64,000 bases of DNA from an uncultured delta proteobacterium (GTDB lineage: Bacteria; Desulfobacterota; Desulfobaccia; Desulfobaccales; 0-14-0-80-60-11): NCBI GenBank assembly GCA_963812015.1, contig CAWETI010000002.1:896001-960000 (forward strand), read 5' to 3'. The notes beneath the pieces were generated by a model. It saw only the letters and a program-made list of their open reading frames with translations, was not told the DNA's origin and searched no databases. Shown piece after piece: positions 40,412 to 51,396 of this stretch. A program made the translations under genes and the position numbers. Position 1 is the first letter of the stretch, and each line of letters starts with the position of its first letter.

Positions 40412-42289
40412 TTAATGAACCGGGAATTTCGCCACCAGTCGTTCAAACTTGGCAATTACTTCTTCCGGCGTAATGATCATGCGACAGGGATCGCTTTTCC
40501 AGCGGACCGATAAATCCTTGCAACCCTCATCCCAGCACGGATAACAGGTAAGACTGGCCGGCGGTTCGACTACTTCGTAATTCGTATAGAAATTCAATCT
40601 CGCTTCCGGTTTCACGCCTCCGGTGAAAATGGCCAAAAAGGGAATGCCGGCCAGGGCGGCGATGTGATAGGCGCTGCTGTCCGTACTGATTACATAGGCC
40701 CCCAATTTTACTGCCTCAATATACTCCGTGATATCGGCGGTTTTTCCCACCAGGTTGGTGATGCCGGGGCCCTGCAGGTATCTACTCTGGCTGGTTCCCA
40801 CCACCAAAGGGGAGAACCCCATTGCCTTAACAGCCCCAAGCAGGCGTGGATAATACGGTTCCCACCAACTCCTGGCGGGATTGGTGGATGTCAGGGCGAG
40901 AACCACGAATTTCTTGCTTAAATCGATTTTCCTATCGTGTAACAATTGCCGAACTCTCTGCTTGGCGGCGGGGTAGTCCGGCATTGGCAACGCGGCAAAG
41001 TCCTGGTCTAAGCCTAAATTCCGCGTATACACCAGATGCCGGTTAACTTTATTGTCCTCGTTGGGGATCCCACAAATTGAGCCAGACTCTATCTCCATGT
41101 TAATAAAATTAAAGACTTGTGATGCCTGGGGGATCGGTAAGGGAGAAAGTTTGCGGCCATCGGGAATCGGAATGAATTCATCAAAGATCTTAAACCCGGC
41201 CATCATGGGGATGTTGCGTTGGTAAGTGGCCAAAATGAGCTTTTTTCCCGGATACCGTTCTTTGAGTTTCTTGAAGGCGCAGGTCCCCATCAACAAATCC
41301 CCGATACCATCGTCACGCATAATGGTGATGGCATTGCTATATTCACGCCCATCAAACCTCAGGCGTTGCCTTTCCTGGGCCACGAGTCTTTTAATGGTCG
41401 GAGCCCACATCTTCTGTAACCTGACTCTGTCGAGAATCCCTTGGCGCCAGTCCCGGGAAGCGCATTCCAAATGGTAAACCTCGACGACCGGGTTATAGAG
41501 CACCTTAAACCCCGCCGCCGCCAGCCGCAGACAGAAATCGGTATCCTGAGCTTCGTGCTTAAAATGCTCATTCAGTTGAAACCGGTCAAAGACATCATGC
41601 CGGAGGGCAACGCAGGCAAAGGTCACTCCCGGAACCAGGGCGGGAAAATTGGCTTCGGGAAGATTTTTCGGCTGCTTACAATAGACATGGTAGGCATTTC
41701 TCTGTTCATTAAATTCAAGGCCGGCATGTTGAATGGTGTTATCAGGGTAGAGGAGTTTGGCGCCGACAATGCCGATGTTTTTATCTGCCAGAGGATCGAC
41801 AAGATTATCCAGCCAATTTTCGGTTGCCAGGGTGTCATTATTGAGTAAGATGAGATATTGACCCTGGGCATGGTCTCGAATTAATTGATTGTAGTTCTTA
41901 GAGAAATAATAGTTACCAAGTAAAATTAACTTTATATTTTTATATCGATCAGAAGCATTGCGATAGAACTGAAGAACTTCCGTCTCGTTGGTGCCGGTAT
42001 CCCCAATCAATATTTCAATTTCATACTTACTACTGGGATACTTACAAATCGATTCAAGGCACGGTTGGATCAGATCTAATCGGTTTTTGGTGAGGATGGC
42101 CACCGACACCAGGCCTGGGGTATAATCTTGGGTGCGTGGATAATCATCGGGCGCCTGCTTTCTGATAATCCTCTTAAAGAACCTCTCAAAGCCGAGGAAG
42201 AGGCCCCTTACCCCCTGGGCCCGCCAAATTGTCAAAGACTTGCGGAGATAATGAGGGACATAATTGATGATGGCGTTGACCTTGGGCAT
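40412..42289 (-). CDS. GT2 + GT9 (heptosyltransferase-like) fusion glycosyltransferase
   Basis: N-terminal VSVAI...LLNND...QHAG...D.DFCLR; C-terminal DGIGDLLM, NL.GKT, STDS..YHIA.L.GIP..AIF and a CxPC motif. Confidence 0.88.
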   Translation of the reverse strand: MPKVNAIINYVPHYLRKSLTIWRAQGVRGLFLGFERFFKRIIRKQAPDDYPRTQDYTPGLVSVAILTKNRLDLIQPCLESICKYPSSKYEIEILIGDTGTNETEVLQFYRNASDRYKNIKLILLGNYYFSKNYNQLIRDHAQGQYLILLNNDTLATENWLDNLVDPLADKNIGIVGAKLLYPDNTIQHAGLEFNEQRNAYHVYCKQPKNLPEANFPALVPGVTFACVALRHDVFDRFQLNEHFKHEAQDTDFCLRLAAAGFKVLYNPVVEVYHLECASRDWRQGILDRVRLQKMWAPTIKRLVAQERQRLRFDGREYSNAITIMRDDGIGDLLMGTCAFKKLKERYPGKKLILATYQRNIPMMAGFKIFDEFIPIPDGRKLSPLPIPQASQVFNFINMEIESGSICGIPNEDNKVNRHLVYTRNLGLDQDFAALPMPDYPAAKQRVRQLLHDRKIDLSKKFVVLALTSTNPARSWWEPYYPRLLGAVKAMGFSPLVVGTSQSRYLQGPGITNLVGKTADITEYIEAVKLGAYVISTDSSAYHIAALAGIPFLAIFTGGVKPEARLNFYTNYEVVEPPASLTCYPCWDEGCKDLSVRWKSDPCRMIITPEEVIAKFERLVAKFPVH

Positions 42290-42348
42290 ATGTATGGCCC
42301 CCTTTGGATTTCACTGCCCAAGTGGGCTGGACGAACCAGGGGCGTGAC

Positions 42349-43098
42349 TTACGAAGCTGCAACCGACTCGGAAAAATCCTTATACTGTTGGACTACCGCC
42401 TCGGTGGCCCCCAAACTCCGGAGTTCTCCCTTTTCTAACCAGAGGGCCCGGTCGCAATATTGCAGAATGGGCTCGAGGGCATGGGAGACATAGAGGATGG
42501 TGCCGCCAGCTTGGCGAAAATGAGCAATGTGAGCATGGCATTTTTGTTGAAAAGCCGTATCTCCCACCGCGAGAATTTCATCCAAGATCATGATATCCGG
42601 GTCCACCGCGGTGACCACGGCAAATCCTAACCGGGTGATCATACCGGAAGAGTAGGCCCGCATCGGGGCTTCCATAAAATCATCTAGCTCGGCAAATTTG
42701 GCGATGGCCTCAAACTTCTCATCCATCGCCCGGCGGCTGATGCCCAGGATAGAGCCGAATAAATAGACGTTCTCCCGGCCGGTCAGTTCGTGGTCGAAGC
42801 CACCTCCCAATTCGATCATGGGGGCCACCTTGCCCGTAACCCAGACCCGGCCGGACACCGGCTTCATTACCCGGGCGATCAGTTTCAGCAGGGTGCTCTT
42901 ACCGGCGCCGTTCCTGCCGATAATGCCCAGCATCTCCCCCGGCAACACCTGAAAATTGATATGTTTCAAAGCCCAGAACTCTTCATATTCAATCCGGCCT
43001 TTGATGGATTTGATCATAAATTCCTTAAAGGAACGGATGCGCTCTTTAGGTAATCGGTAACGCACTGAAACATCTTCTAAGATGATGGGAAATTCCAT
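42349..43098 (-). CDS. wzt: Wzt polysaccharide ABC exporter ATPase (no C-terminal CBM)
   Basis: F.AL..INF, GRNGAGKSTL, ELTGREN, YSSGM..RLGF, ILDEILAVGD..F. Confidence 0.93.
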   Translation of the reverse strand: MEFPIILEDVSVRYRLPKERIRSFKEFMIKSIKGRIEYEEFWALKHINFQVLPGEMLGIIGRNGAGKSTLLKLIARVMKPVSGRVWVTGKVAPMIELGGGFDHELTGRENVYLFGSILGISRRAMDEKFEAIAKFAELDDFMEAPMRAYSSGMITRLGFAVVTAVDPDIMILDEILAVGDTAFQQKCHAHIAHFRQAGGTILYVSHALEPILQYCDRALWLEKGELRSLGATEAVVQQYKDFSESVAAS

Positions 43099-43118
43099 GG
43101 ATCACCGGCACCTGTCAG

Positions 43119-43898
43119 TTAAACATAATAAACAAAGGCGTCCGCCAAGTTGGTGAACACCCGGTATCCGATCCAGAGGGCCGCCACGGCCACCAGAAAG
43201 GCCAAACAGATCGTCTGGAGATCCGGAATCTCTCCCAGATAAATCGGCAGACGAAAACATTCGACCAGGTAATAAAAAGGGTTAAGTTTAAGGAATGGGA
43301 TATATTTTTTGGGAATAATGTCGATTGGATAGATGATCGGAGTAAGATACATCCATGGCATAAGAAAAACTTGATGCATATCTATTATATCACTGAAGAA
43401 TACTGCAGTTGCTGATAATATAAAAGATATTCCGATGGTAAACATCACTACGAAAATGATTGGTATCGGTAAAAATAATAAAGATAGGTGAAAACCTTTC
43501 CCTAAAATAGGTAAAAGTATGAAGAGGGGAATCAGTGCGAATCCAAGATTTACTAAGTTAGACAAAACAACAGATATTACAAATATTGGTTTTGGGACAT
43601 AGATTTTTTTAAAGAGCGGTCCGTTCAATAGCAGGCAACGCGATGCCACTTGGGTGCTCTGGGCAAAGAAATTCCAGAGTTGATATCCAGAAAGAAAATA
43701 AATAATAAAATTTTTAATTTCAAAGCGGAAGACCGTTGAGAAGACGATGGTGAAAACAATGGTATTTAAAAGCGGATTAAGCCAGCTCCAGCAAAAGCCT
43801 AATACCGAACGTTTGTACCGCACGGTAAGATCGCGGATCACCAGGTTATAGAGCAGATCCTTGTAGAGAATTAATTCTCTTAAATCTTCTTTAAACAC
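43119..43898 (-). CDS. wzm: Wzm polysaccharide ABC exporter permease
   Basis: RD..VRYKRSVLGF.WS.LNPL, YLTPIIYP, LNP; low GC. Confidence 0.93.
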   Translation of the reverse strand: MFKEDLRELILYKDLLYNLVIRDLTVRYKRSVLGFCWSWLNPLLNTIVFTIVFSTVFRFEIKNFIIYFLSGYQLWNFFAQSTQVASRCLLLNGPLFKKIYVPKPIFVISVVLSNLVNLGFALIPLFILLPILGKGFHLSLLFLPIPIIFVVMFTIGISFILSATAVFFSDIIDMHQVFLMPWMYLTPIIYPIDIIPKKYIPFLKLNPFYYLVECFRLPIYLGEIPDLQTICLAFLVAVAALWIGYRVFTNLADAFVYYV

Positions 43899-44426
43899 GG
43901 GTTGATTTTTATCTCGTGTTGCCTAAGCTAGATTGCAGTATTAATTGGAGGAGGTCGATTCTCTCACTTAATAAATCTCGGGCGAAATTGAGGCTCGCCA
44001 TACGAATTTCTCCTCACCGCTATCTTTCACTCCAAGATTGCCCTCACCCGCATTGGTGATATTGCCTTATATTCACCGGGGAACCGGGGGCCGGAGCTGG
44101 TGGAAGAGCAACCCTCCATCTATCGGTGCCGGCGCTCTCCCGTTATTTTCCGCCGCCTCCCCACGACCCGGTAGACTGCCCTGCTCTTACCGCTCCCGGG
44201 GGCCTGGCCATACGAGCCAAGAGCACGGCCTACCGAACCAACCTTATCACTTTCCAGCCCGCCAGTCACGAGCTATTCCGCTCTCCCGCCCCTGTGAGCC
44301 CGGGAACCTGCATTTCTTTTATGTATGGTTTGAAATCTTCCCCAAATTTAGGGTATACTTTCCTGCGAAGGTCTGAAAAAGCCAATGGCCTTAGGGCACT
44401 CCTGGGGCTGAGAATAGGTTTGGTCA

Positions 44427-45539
44427 ATGAAGCCCCGACCCCCCCGTTTACGGGGAAGCCCGGCCCGGCTCGTGTTCCTCCTCCAGGATTTGGAATTTGG
44501 CGGGACGCAGCGGCATATTTTAGAATTGGCCCACCGCCTGGACTCAGCGCAGTTCCAGGTAGAGGTCTGGCTCATGATTGCCCGGGACGACATGGTCCCC
44601 ATCGCCCGGGCCCGGGGCATACCGCTGGTCTGGCTGTCCCGGGGGCAACACGTCGGGCCGGCCAGCATCATCAACCTGTGGCGTAGATTACAAACCACCC
44701 GAGTGGATCTCTTAGTGGCCCTAACCGTTATCCCCAATATCTGGGGACGGATTCTTGGACGTCTGCACCGGGTTCCTCTGATTGTGGGCAACTGCCGCGG
44801 CGGTACCGACCCTCAGCTACAGGCTGAGCGCTGGCTGTGGCCCCTGGCCCACCATATCGTGTGCAACAGCCGCGCCTTGAAGGACGCTTTGACCAGGGGT
44901 TACGGAGTTCCTGCCGATCATCTCACCGTGATCCCCAACGGCGTGGATACCGGGTTTTTCCAACCGCCGTCTTCGGCCGCCAAGAACGGCGGGCCGCTTA
45001 TAGTATTGTCAATCGCCCGTATGGTGGAGGATAAGGATCACGATACCTTGATCCGGGCTTTCCAGCTGGTAATCCAATCGCATCCCCGGGCTGAACTATG
45101 GCTGGTGGGGAACGGCCCCCGGCAACCGGTCGTCGAGCTTAAGGCTTCTCGCTGCCTGCCACCTGAACGGGTGCGGTTCATCCCCGGTCAATCGGATTTA
45201 CGCCCGCTGCTGCACCAGGCCAGTCTCCTGGTCCTGAGTTCCCGGGACGAGAGCCTCCCCAATGTCCTCCTGGAGGCCATGGCCGCCGGTCTGCCGGTGG
45301 TGGCAACGCGCGTGGGGGGGGTGCCGGAGGTCGTGATGCCGGGGAAGACCGGCTGGCTGGCCCCGCCCGGGGACCCCGCCGCCCTGGCGGCTGCCATCTC
45401 TCACTTATTGGATAATCCCGAAACCAGGCTGACTTTCGGCCGGGCGGGGCGGCGGCGGGTGGAACGGGATTTCTCCCTCGCCGCCATGATAAATCGCCAT
45501 CAGCAGGTGTTGGCGCGCCTTACCGCACAGACCCGGTAA
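44427..45539 (+). CDS. GT4 family glycosyltransferase
   Basis: GGTQR, VIPNGVD, K.H.TLI.AF, ESLPNVLLEAMAAGLPVVAT.VGG..E. Confidence 0.93.
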   Translation: MKPRPPRLRGSPARLVFLLQDLEFGGTQRHILELAHRLDSAQFQVEVWLMIARDDMVPIARARGIPLVWLSRGQHVGPASIINLWRRLQTTRVDLLVALTVIPNIWGRILGRLHRVPLIVGNCRGGTDPQLQAERWLWPLAHHIVCNSRALKDALTRGYGVPADHLTVIPNGVDTGFFQPPSSAAKNGGPLIVLSIARMVEDKDHDTLIRAFQLVIQSHPRAELWLVGNGPRQPVVELKASRCLPPERVRFIPGQSDLRPLLHQASLLVLSSRDESLPNVLLEAMAAGLPVVATRVGGVPEVVMPGKTGWLAPPGDPAALAAAISHLLDNPETRLTFGRAGRRRVERDFSLAAMINRHQQVLARLTAQTR

Positions 45540-45755
45540 AGCTGGCCATATCCGAGTTATTAGGTATGGCCATGGATGCTTTTCTCTTGAGTTAACTAGA
45601 TTTTCGTGACTACGTGTCCATAAGGTTGTTAAGAAAATAAATCGTCAGGGTCAAGGCAAGAAGCTGACCGGCCATGGCGTCGGCCTTTCCGGGTGCGCCA
45701 CTCTTTTTCCACGGTCGCTGGATTTTATCCGGGGCTCTAGAACGGAAAGCAGACT

Positions 45756-47660
45756 ATGTGCGGCATAGCTGGTTTGGTTAACGCCCCGGGCGTCGAGGCC
45801 CAATGTCGGGAGTGGCTGCAAGGCATGCTCGACGCCTTGGCCCATCGTGGACCGGATGGCCAGGGCATGTGGTTCGAACCATCCGTAGTTTTGGGAACTC
45901 GCCGCCTGAGCATTATCGACCAGGTAGGTGGCGCTCAGCCCGTAGTTGATGATTTCAAGCGGGCCGTGGTGGTTTTCAATGGAGAGATTTATAATTTTCC
46001 GGAACTCCGTCAACGCCTCCAGAGCAAAGGATTCCGGTTTAAGACCCGGTCCGATACCGAAGTGCTGCTCTGCGCCTATCTGGACCAGGGATATGATTGC
46101 CTCCACTCCCTGGAGGGGATGTTCGCCCTGGCCATCTGGGACCGGGAGCGGCGCACCCTCTTTGCCGCCCGGGATCGGATAGGCAAGAAACCTTTCTATT
46201 ATACCCTCCAGAACGGCGTCTTTGCCTTTGCTTCGGAGCTCTCAGCCTTTAAGAGGTTGCCATTCCTGGACCTGGAGGTTGATCGCCGGCAACTCATGCA
46301 GTTCCTGGCCTATGAATATGTTCCCACCCCCACATCCATCTATCGTCAGGTGGAAAAACTCAGGCCGGGACATTTTCTCACCTTCTCGGAGGGGCTTCTT
46401 AAAACCGTGCGGTATTGGGATCTGCCGGTGCCGGAGTCCGAGACCGGCCTGTCCTCAAGGGAATGCAGTGAAAAAATCCGCCGGCTCCTCGAGGCGGCTA
46501 TTGACAGGCGCTTGACCAGTGATGTGCCTCTGGGGGTTTTCCTGAGCGGGGGGCTCGACTCTTCGGCCATTGTGGCCCTGATGGCCGCCAGGAATTCCGG
46601 AACCCCCATCAAGACCTTCAGTCTGAGCGTCGCGGCCCCGACCTACGATGAATCGGACTACGCCCGATTTATGGCCAAAACTTTTGCAACCGACCACCAC
46701 GAGATCACCTTAGACGACACCACGGCTGCTGATTTACTGCCCCACCTCGTTTCCCGCCTGGACGAACCCATGGCCGACCCTTCCCTGGTGCCCACCTACC
46801 TGCTGTGTGAGAAAAGCCGCGACACCATTACGGTGGCCTTGGGCGGCGATGGCGCCGACGAGCTGTTCGTGGGTTATGAATATTTAATGGGCTTCAAGGT
46901 CGCGGAAACTTACTTACGTTTTCCCCGGTTTCTGCGGCGCCACATCCTGGAACCGCTCTTGCGTCGACTCCCTTTTTCCACGAATTATACGAGCCCCCGC
47001 CAGGCGGTGGAAAAATTTTTTTCGGGGCTGGATATGCCTCCGGCTCTCCGCACCCAGACCTGGCTGGAGGCGATTTCGCCCCGAGAGCAGCAGTCGCTCT
47101 GGCTCAACCCTCCGGCCGACGCCCTGACCAGCCAAACGATTTATGCCGAGACCCTGGCGTTATTTAACCGCTTCCCCGCCCCCGATCCCCTGGATCGCAC
47201 CTTCTATCTTTTTTTCCGTCAATATCTGCTCGATTATATCCTGGTCAAAGTCGACCGTTGTTCCATGATGCATGGCTTGGAGGTCCGCTCCCCTTACCTG
47301 GACACCAGCCTCATTGAATTTGCCTTTCCTTTGCCAAATCGGACCAAAATCCCGGTGCCCATGAGAAAGTATCTCCTTCGGCAGGCGGTGAAATCCTCCC
47401 TGCCGAGGCAAATTTTCTGGCGCAAGAAACGCGGCTTCTTAATCCCTACTTCCCTTTGGCTCAAAACCACCCTGCGCCCTCTGTTGGAGGACATGCTGGG
47501 GGAAGATCGCCTTAAACAGCAGGGATTATTTCAGCCCCGGTATGTCAGGCGCTTGTTGCAAGAGCACTACGCCGGGACCCGTGACCATCGCCAGGCGCTG
47601 TGGACCTTGTTAACCCTGCAGTTATGGTTGCATTCCCACAATCCCCGTATCGTTGACTGA
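45756..47660 (+). CDS. asnB: Asparagine synthase (glutamine-hydrolysing)-family amidotransferase
   Basis: MCGIAG, HRGPD, RRLSIID, NGEIYN, LSGGLDSS, GDGADELF.GY, EVR.P.LD. Confidence 0.95.
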   Translation: MCGIAGLVNAPGVEAQCREWLQGMLDALAHRGPDGQGMWFEPSVVLGTRRLSIIDQVGGAQPVVDDFKRAVVVFNGEIYNFPELRQRLQSKGFRFKTRSDTEVLLCAYLDQGYDCLHSLEGMFALAIWDRERRTLFAARDRIGKKPFYYTLQNGVFAFASELSAFKRLPFLDLEVDRRQLMQFLAYEYVPTPTSIYRQVEKLRPGHFLTFSEGLLKTVRYWDLPVPESETGLSSRECSEKIRRLLEAAIDRRLTSDVPLGVFLSGGLDSSAIVALMAARNSGTPIKTFSLSVAAPTYDESDYARFMAKTFATDHHEITLDDTTAADLLPHLVSRLDEPMADPSLVPTYLLCEKSRDTITVALGGDGADELFVGYEYLMGFKVAETYLRFPRFLRRHILEPLLRRLPFSTNYTSPRQAVEKFFSGLDMPPALRTQTWLEAISPREQQSLWLNPPADALTSQTIYAETLALFNRFPAPDPLDRTFYLFFRQYLLDYILVKVDRCSMMHGLEVRSPYLDTSLIEFAFPLPNRTKIPVPMRKYLLRQAVKSSLPRQIFWRKKRGFLIPTSLWLKTTLRPLLEDMLGEDRLKQQGLFQPRYVRRLLQEHYAGTRDHRQALWTLLTLQLWLHSHNPRIVD

Positions 47661-47677
47661 TACCAATTGGCGATTTT

Positions 47678-47737
47678 TGTGGGAGTGGGACCTGCCTGTC
47701 CCCCCCGAAAGGGCGCACCCACAGGTGCGCCCCGACA
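47678..47737. repeat. Degenerate GTAG-type REP pair between convergent genes
   Basis: gggcgcacccacaggtgcgccc hairpin ending in CCCGAC (a variant of CCCTAC). Confidence 0.55.
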
Positions 47738-47870
47738 AGAAAATGGTATAAGGCCGGTCATCCTCCAACCGGGATGAGTGGCGTCTCCGCTCCTTGACCG
47801 GTGAGACCGGGTTCTTGGGTGAGTTGAGGGGGTGGGAGGCGGCCAGGGCTCCGGGGCGGCCAAGCCCGGT

Positions 47871-49091
47871 TCAAGCCCCGAAGCGTTGGAAGAGTTGAGA
47901 GACCTGGTCGTGACACCGTACCGGGTCGAACTGCTCTTTGACGAGCGCCTGGCCTCTCGCCGCCATTTCCAGGGCCGATCGACGGTCCCGGGTCATCTTC
48001 AGGATGGCTTCGGCCAGGGCCTCGGGATTTTTTTGGGGCACCAGGTAACCGGTCTCCCCATCACGGATCACTTCCCCGATACCCGCCACATCGGTGGCCA
48101 CGGTGGGCAACCGGTGCAACAGAGCTTCCAAAATGACATTCGGAATCCCGTCCCGATCACTGGAGGCGGCGATGATACTTGGCATCACAAAGACATCCGC
48201 GGCGCAAAACCACGGGGAAACTCGATCATGGGGGATGAATCCCGGAAAGGACACGCGGTTCTCCAGCCCTAACCACCGACTGAGCCACCGCAGATACGGG
48301 CCCAGGTAACCCGACCCGGCCAGGGTGAGATGGAAGTCGACGCCCTTATCGGCCAAGATTCGGGCGGCCCGCAGTAAGAGGGGAAAGCCTTTGACTTTGA
48401 CCAGACGGCCCATGGCCAAAATCTGATACGGGGCTCTCATGGCAACCGGGGCGTCTTGATAGGTTTCCAGGGGATAACCGTCGTAGGTCAGGAAAACCTT
48501 TTCCGGGCTCGCGCCGCTCAGTTTCAGGAGGTATGCCACATTAGCCTTGGGATTAGTCCTGACAAACACCGAGTCACGGATCTTCTCCGGCAAGGCGCCG
48601 TCCGGAGGATAGATATCCCCGGCCCGGGCCATAAAACTGAACGGTATCCCCGTCAAGCGGGAAGCCACCCACGCCGCGGTGGCCGGCCCGTTGGCCCAGG
48701 GGGCGTGGATATGCTGAATACCTTCCCGTTGAAAACATCTTGCCAGGGAAAACCCACAGAGAAAGGCCCAGACGTTTTCGCCCCCAATTTCCAGAGAACT
48801 CCATCGCCTGACGGGAATAGTCCGAATTAATTCCTGGGTCAAGGCCGGCTGGCGATGCCACCAATAGAGCAGGTCAGCGGGAATTTGCGTGATATGCGGG
48901 ATCCCCAACCGATCCACTTCATCGGCATTGAAGGCCATTTCGGCGGAAAGGCACTTCTTCCATTCCCCATAGAGAGAAACCACCGTGAGGCTGAGTCCCA
49001 TTTTCCGAAGATTGATGATTTCCCGGAAGATAAAGGTTTCGGATGGCTTGGGAAACCAGTGCAGGATATACGCAATTTTCCTCAGACCCAC
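47871..49091 (-). CDS. GT4 glycosyltransferase (WcaL-like)
   Basis: AY....FP..SETFI.REI, HIHA, GRLV..KG, DGIPNVILEA. Confidence 0.9.
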   Translation of the reverse strand: MGLRKIAYILHWFPKPSETFIFREIINLRKMGLSLTVVSLYGEWKKCLSAEMAFNADEVDRLGIPHITQIPADLLYWWHRQPALTQELIRTIPVRRWSSLEIGGENVWAFLCGFSLARCFQREGIQHIHAPWANGPATAAWVASRLTGIPFSFMARAGDIYPPDGALPEKIRDSVFVRTNPKANVAYLLKLSGASPEKVFLTYDGYPLETYQDAPVAMRAPYQILAMGRLVKVKGFPLLLRAARILADKGVDFHLTLAGSGYLGPYLRWLSRWLGLENRVSFPGFIPHDRVSPWFCAADVFVMPSIIAASSDRDGIPNVILEALLHRLPTVATDVAGIGEVIRDGETGYLVPQKNPEALAEAILKMTRDRRSALEMAARGQALVKEQFDPVRCHDQVSQLFQRFGA

Positions 49092-49371
49092 AGCTTAATT
49101 CCTTTGGTGTCGCTCTCAGCCTCGGTTACCCGGAATGACGGCGCGGGCCGGCAAGCCCGATTCGTACCTCGATAATGGCGGGACCGTGCCGCCCTTGGTA
49201 AAGTTCTGAGCCATAGAGGCGCCAATTATTGCGGTGGGGCTCCCGGGGCGTACGCTGGAATTTATAACACAACGGGTTCCTTTGGAGCAATCAAAGCTTG
49301 GGCGTCGTCAAACCTGAAAGGGGTTTTTTTGTCAGCGCGATAAATATTCCCATCCCGGAGCGGCCCGGCGA

Positions 49372-50994
49372 TCAAATTCCCGAAGACGCCGCCCGGCGCT
49401 GAGTTTCCCCGGCAACCTCGAGGCCCCGCTCCTTCATGATCGCGGTGATTTTTTCCCGCACGATTTTTCTCAGGCAGAAGAGGTCCTCACCAATGATGCA
49501 GGCCGTCAGATAATCGACGAATCGGCTCGGGTTTTGTTTCCACATGCCGATCAACTGGGTCCAAAACTGACGCCGGTACGACGGGCGTATCCCTTGCCGC
49601 CACAGAGTCGTCAGCAAGGCCCGGATTTCATAGAAACTTGTGCGCCAAGTCTTCTTGTAGGCGGGGAGGGAGTCGGGCGGCCGGGGGGCCCCTTTGGCCA
49701 TAGCCATGGCCAGGCGCGTGGGCCGCATGGCCAGGTAGTAGCGATAGGTCCTGGCCAGATAACGGGACGGCTCATAAAGATAATCCCAGGCATCGATGTA
49801 CTCCTGCATAATCTCGGCTTCCGGTCGATCCGGGTCATAATTCAGCGGCGCGAAGGTGCCCCCGTCGTGACCGATGTCCGGCCGCAGCCGCCCTTCCCGT
49901 TCCAGGCGTTGCCACAGGCGGGTATGCGTCGGGGCCTGCAAGAGCCCCAGCACATTTATCGGTATGTCAGTCTGTTCGATGAAAGAGCAGATTCGTTTGC
50001 CGGCCCCTGGCTTTTCCCCGTCAAGGCCGAGAATGAAGCCGCCCATCACCGTCATCCCATTCTTCTTGAGGTTGTTGACCGATTCTACTAAGGGATTCTT
50101 AATGTTGTGATATTTACGGCTGGTTTCGAGCACCTTTTCATCCGGAGACTCGATCCCGATAAAGACTAGCCCCAGATTGTTTGCGGTCATGCGATCGACC
50201 AAAGCCAAATCCTGCCCCAGATTCACCGATACTTGCGTATAAAAGGTGAAGGGAGCGCCTCGACTCTTCATCCAGGGGGTGAGTTCTTGCAGGATGGCCC
50301 GGGCATGCTTCTTACTGCCGATGAAGTTGTCATCGCAGATAAACACTGTACCACTGACCCCGAGCCGGTGGAGAGTCTCCAGTTCGGCGACGACCTGCTT
50401 GGGGGTCTTGTAACGGGGTATGCGTCCGAAAAGATTCACCACATCGCAAAATTCGCAGTCAAACGGGCATCCCCGGGAAGTCTGAATCGTTAAGTTGACG
50501 TAATCGTTCAATCGCAACAGATCAAACCGCGGGATTGGCGAGGTCGTCAGATCCGGCTTCTCGTCATTTTCGATTATTCCGGTCTTGCCGTTGCGCATCG
50601 CCTCCAGAAGCAAAGGAATCGTATTTTCGCCCTCACCCCGCACCACAAAATCACAACCGGCCTCCAGGACGGCCTCAGGGAGTGCAGTGGGGTGGGGTCC
50701 CCCGGCTACGACGGTTTTTCCACGGAGCTTGGCTTCTCTCACCAAGGCCAACAAACCCGCCCTTTGAATGTACATGGCCGATATCAAAACCAGATCGGCC
50801 CACTGCCAATCTTGCTCAGTCAGCCTTATGGTGTTGAGATCGGCCAAACGCAGTTCCCATTCAGTGGGCAACAAGGCTGCCACCGTCAGCAGACCCAAAG
50901 GTGGATTAGCAATTTTGCTCCCCTGGAGCCGCACAGCATTTCGGAAACTCCAGAAGGACAGGGGAACTTCGGGAAATATTAACAAAGCCCGCAT
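49372..50994 (-). CDS. B12-binding domain radical SAM protein (DUF4070-type)
   Basis: PPLGLLTVAALLP, GGPHPT, SRGCPFDCEFC (CxxxCxxC), DDNFIG, GIES. Confidence 0.93.
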   Translation of the reverse strand: MRALLIFPEVPLSFWSFRNAVRLQGSKIANPPLGLLTVAALLPTEWELRLADLNTIRLTEQDWQWADLVLISAMYIQRAGLLALVREAKLRGKTVVAGGPHPTALPEAVLEAGCDFVVRGEGENTIPLLLEAMRNGKTGIIENDEKPDLTTSPIPRFDLLRLNDYVNLTIQTSRGCPFDCEFCDVVNLFGRIPRYKTPKQVVAELETLHRLGVSGTVFICDDNFIGSKKHARAILQELTPWMKSRGAPFTFYTQVSVNLGQDLALVDRMTANNLGLVFIGIESPDEKVLETSRKYHNIKNPLVESVNNLKKNGMTVMGGFILGLDGEKPGAGKRICSFIEQTDIPINVLGLLQAPTHTRLWQRLEREGRLRPDIGHDGGTFAPLNYDPDRPEAEIMQEYIDAWDYLYEPSRYLARTYRYYLAMRPTRLAMAMAKGAPRPPDSLPAYKKTWRTSFYEIRALLTTLWRQGIRPSYRRQFWTQLIGMWKQNPSRFVDYLTACIIGEDLFCLRKIVREKITAIMKERGLEVAGETQRRAASSGI

Positions 50995-51396
50995 GGTTGA
51001 ACAGCTCCTACGAATGCCAGTGAGATGGCGTCACCGATTACCCTGCCTATTTTTTGGTCAACTTTCAAGGGAAAATCGCGGAGTCGGGTCGGCCTTATGC
51101 TTCAGGATGGATTCCATCATGCAGGAGCTTCAGGTTTGCCGCGCAAATTTGAAGATGCCGGAAGGATTCAGGAAACCGCAAAAGTTCGTCCGAAAAAACC
51201 TGTCTGGTTTACTCAAGCAAGCACCGTGTGGTTTGTTAAGGGGTGGTTCCTAGATAATCTGGAGACTATTTATTCAGATATGAGGTGAATAACAACGCAC
51301 CTCAACCCTTTTAGAAGAATACCTCAATGGCGGCTATCGTCAGTTTTAATCTGAAAATCAAAACTAGTTAATAAAAACTTATACGTAGATATCCTC

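Noticed and set aside
49300..49335. c-di-GMP riboswitch-like GAAA hairpin
   Set aside because: The second stem and conserved motif positions are not found
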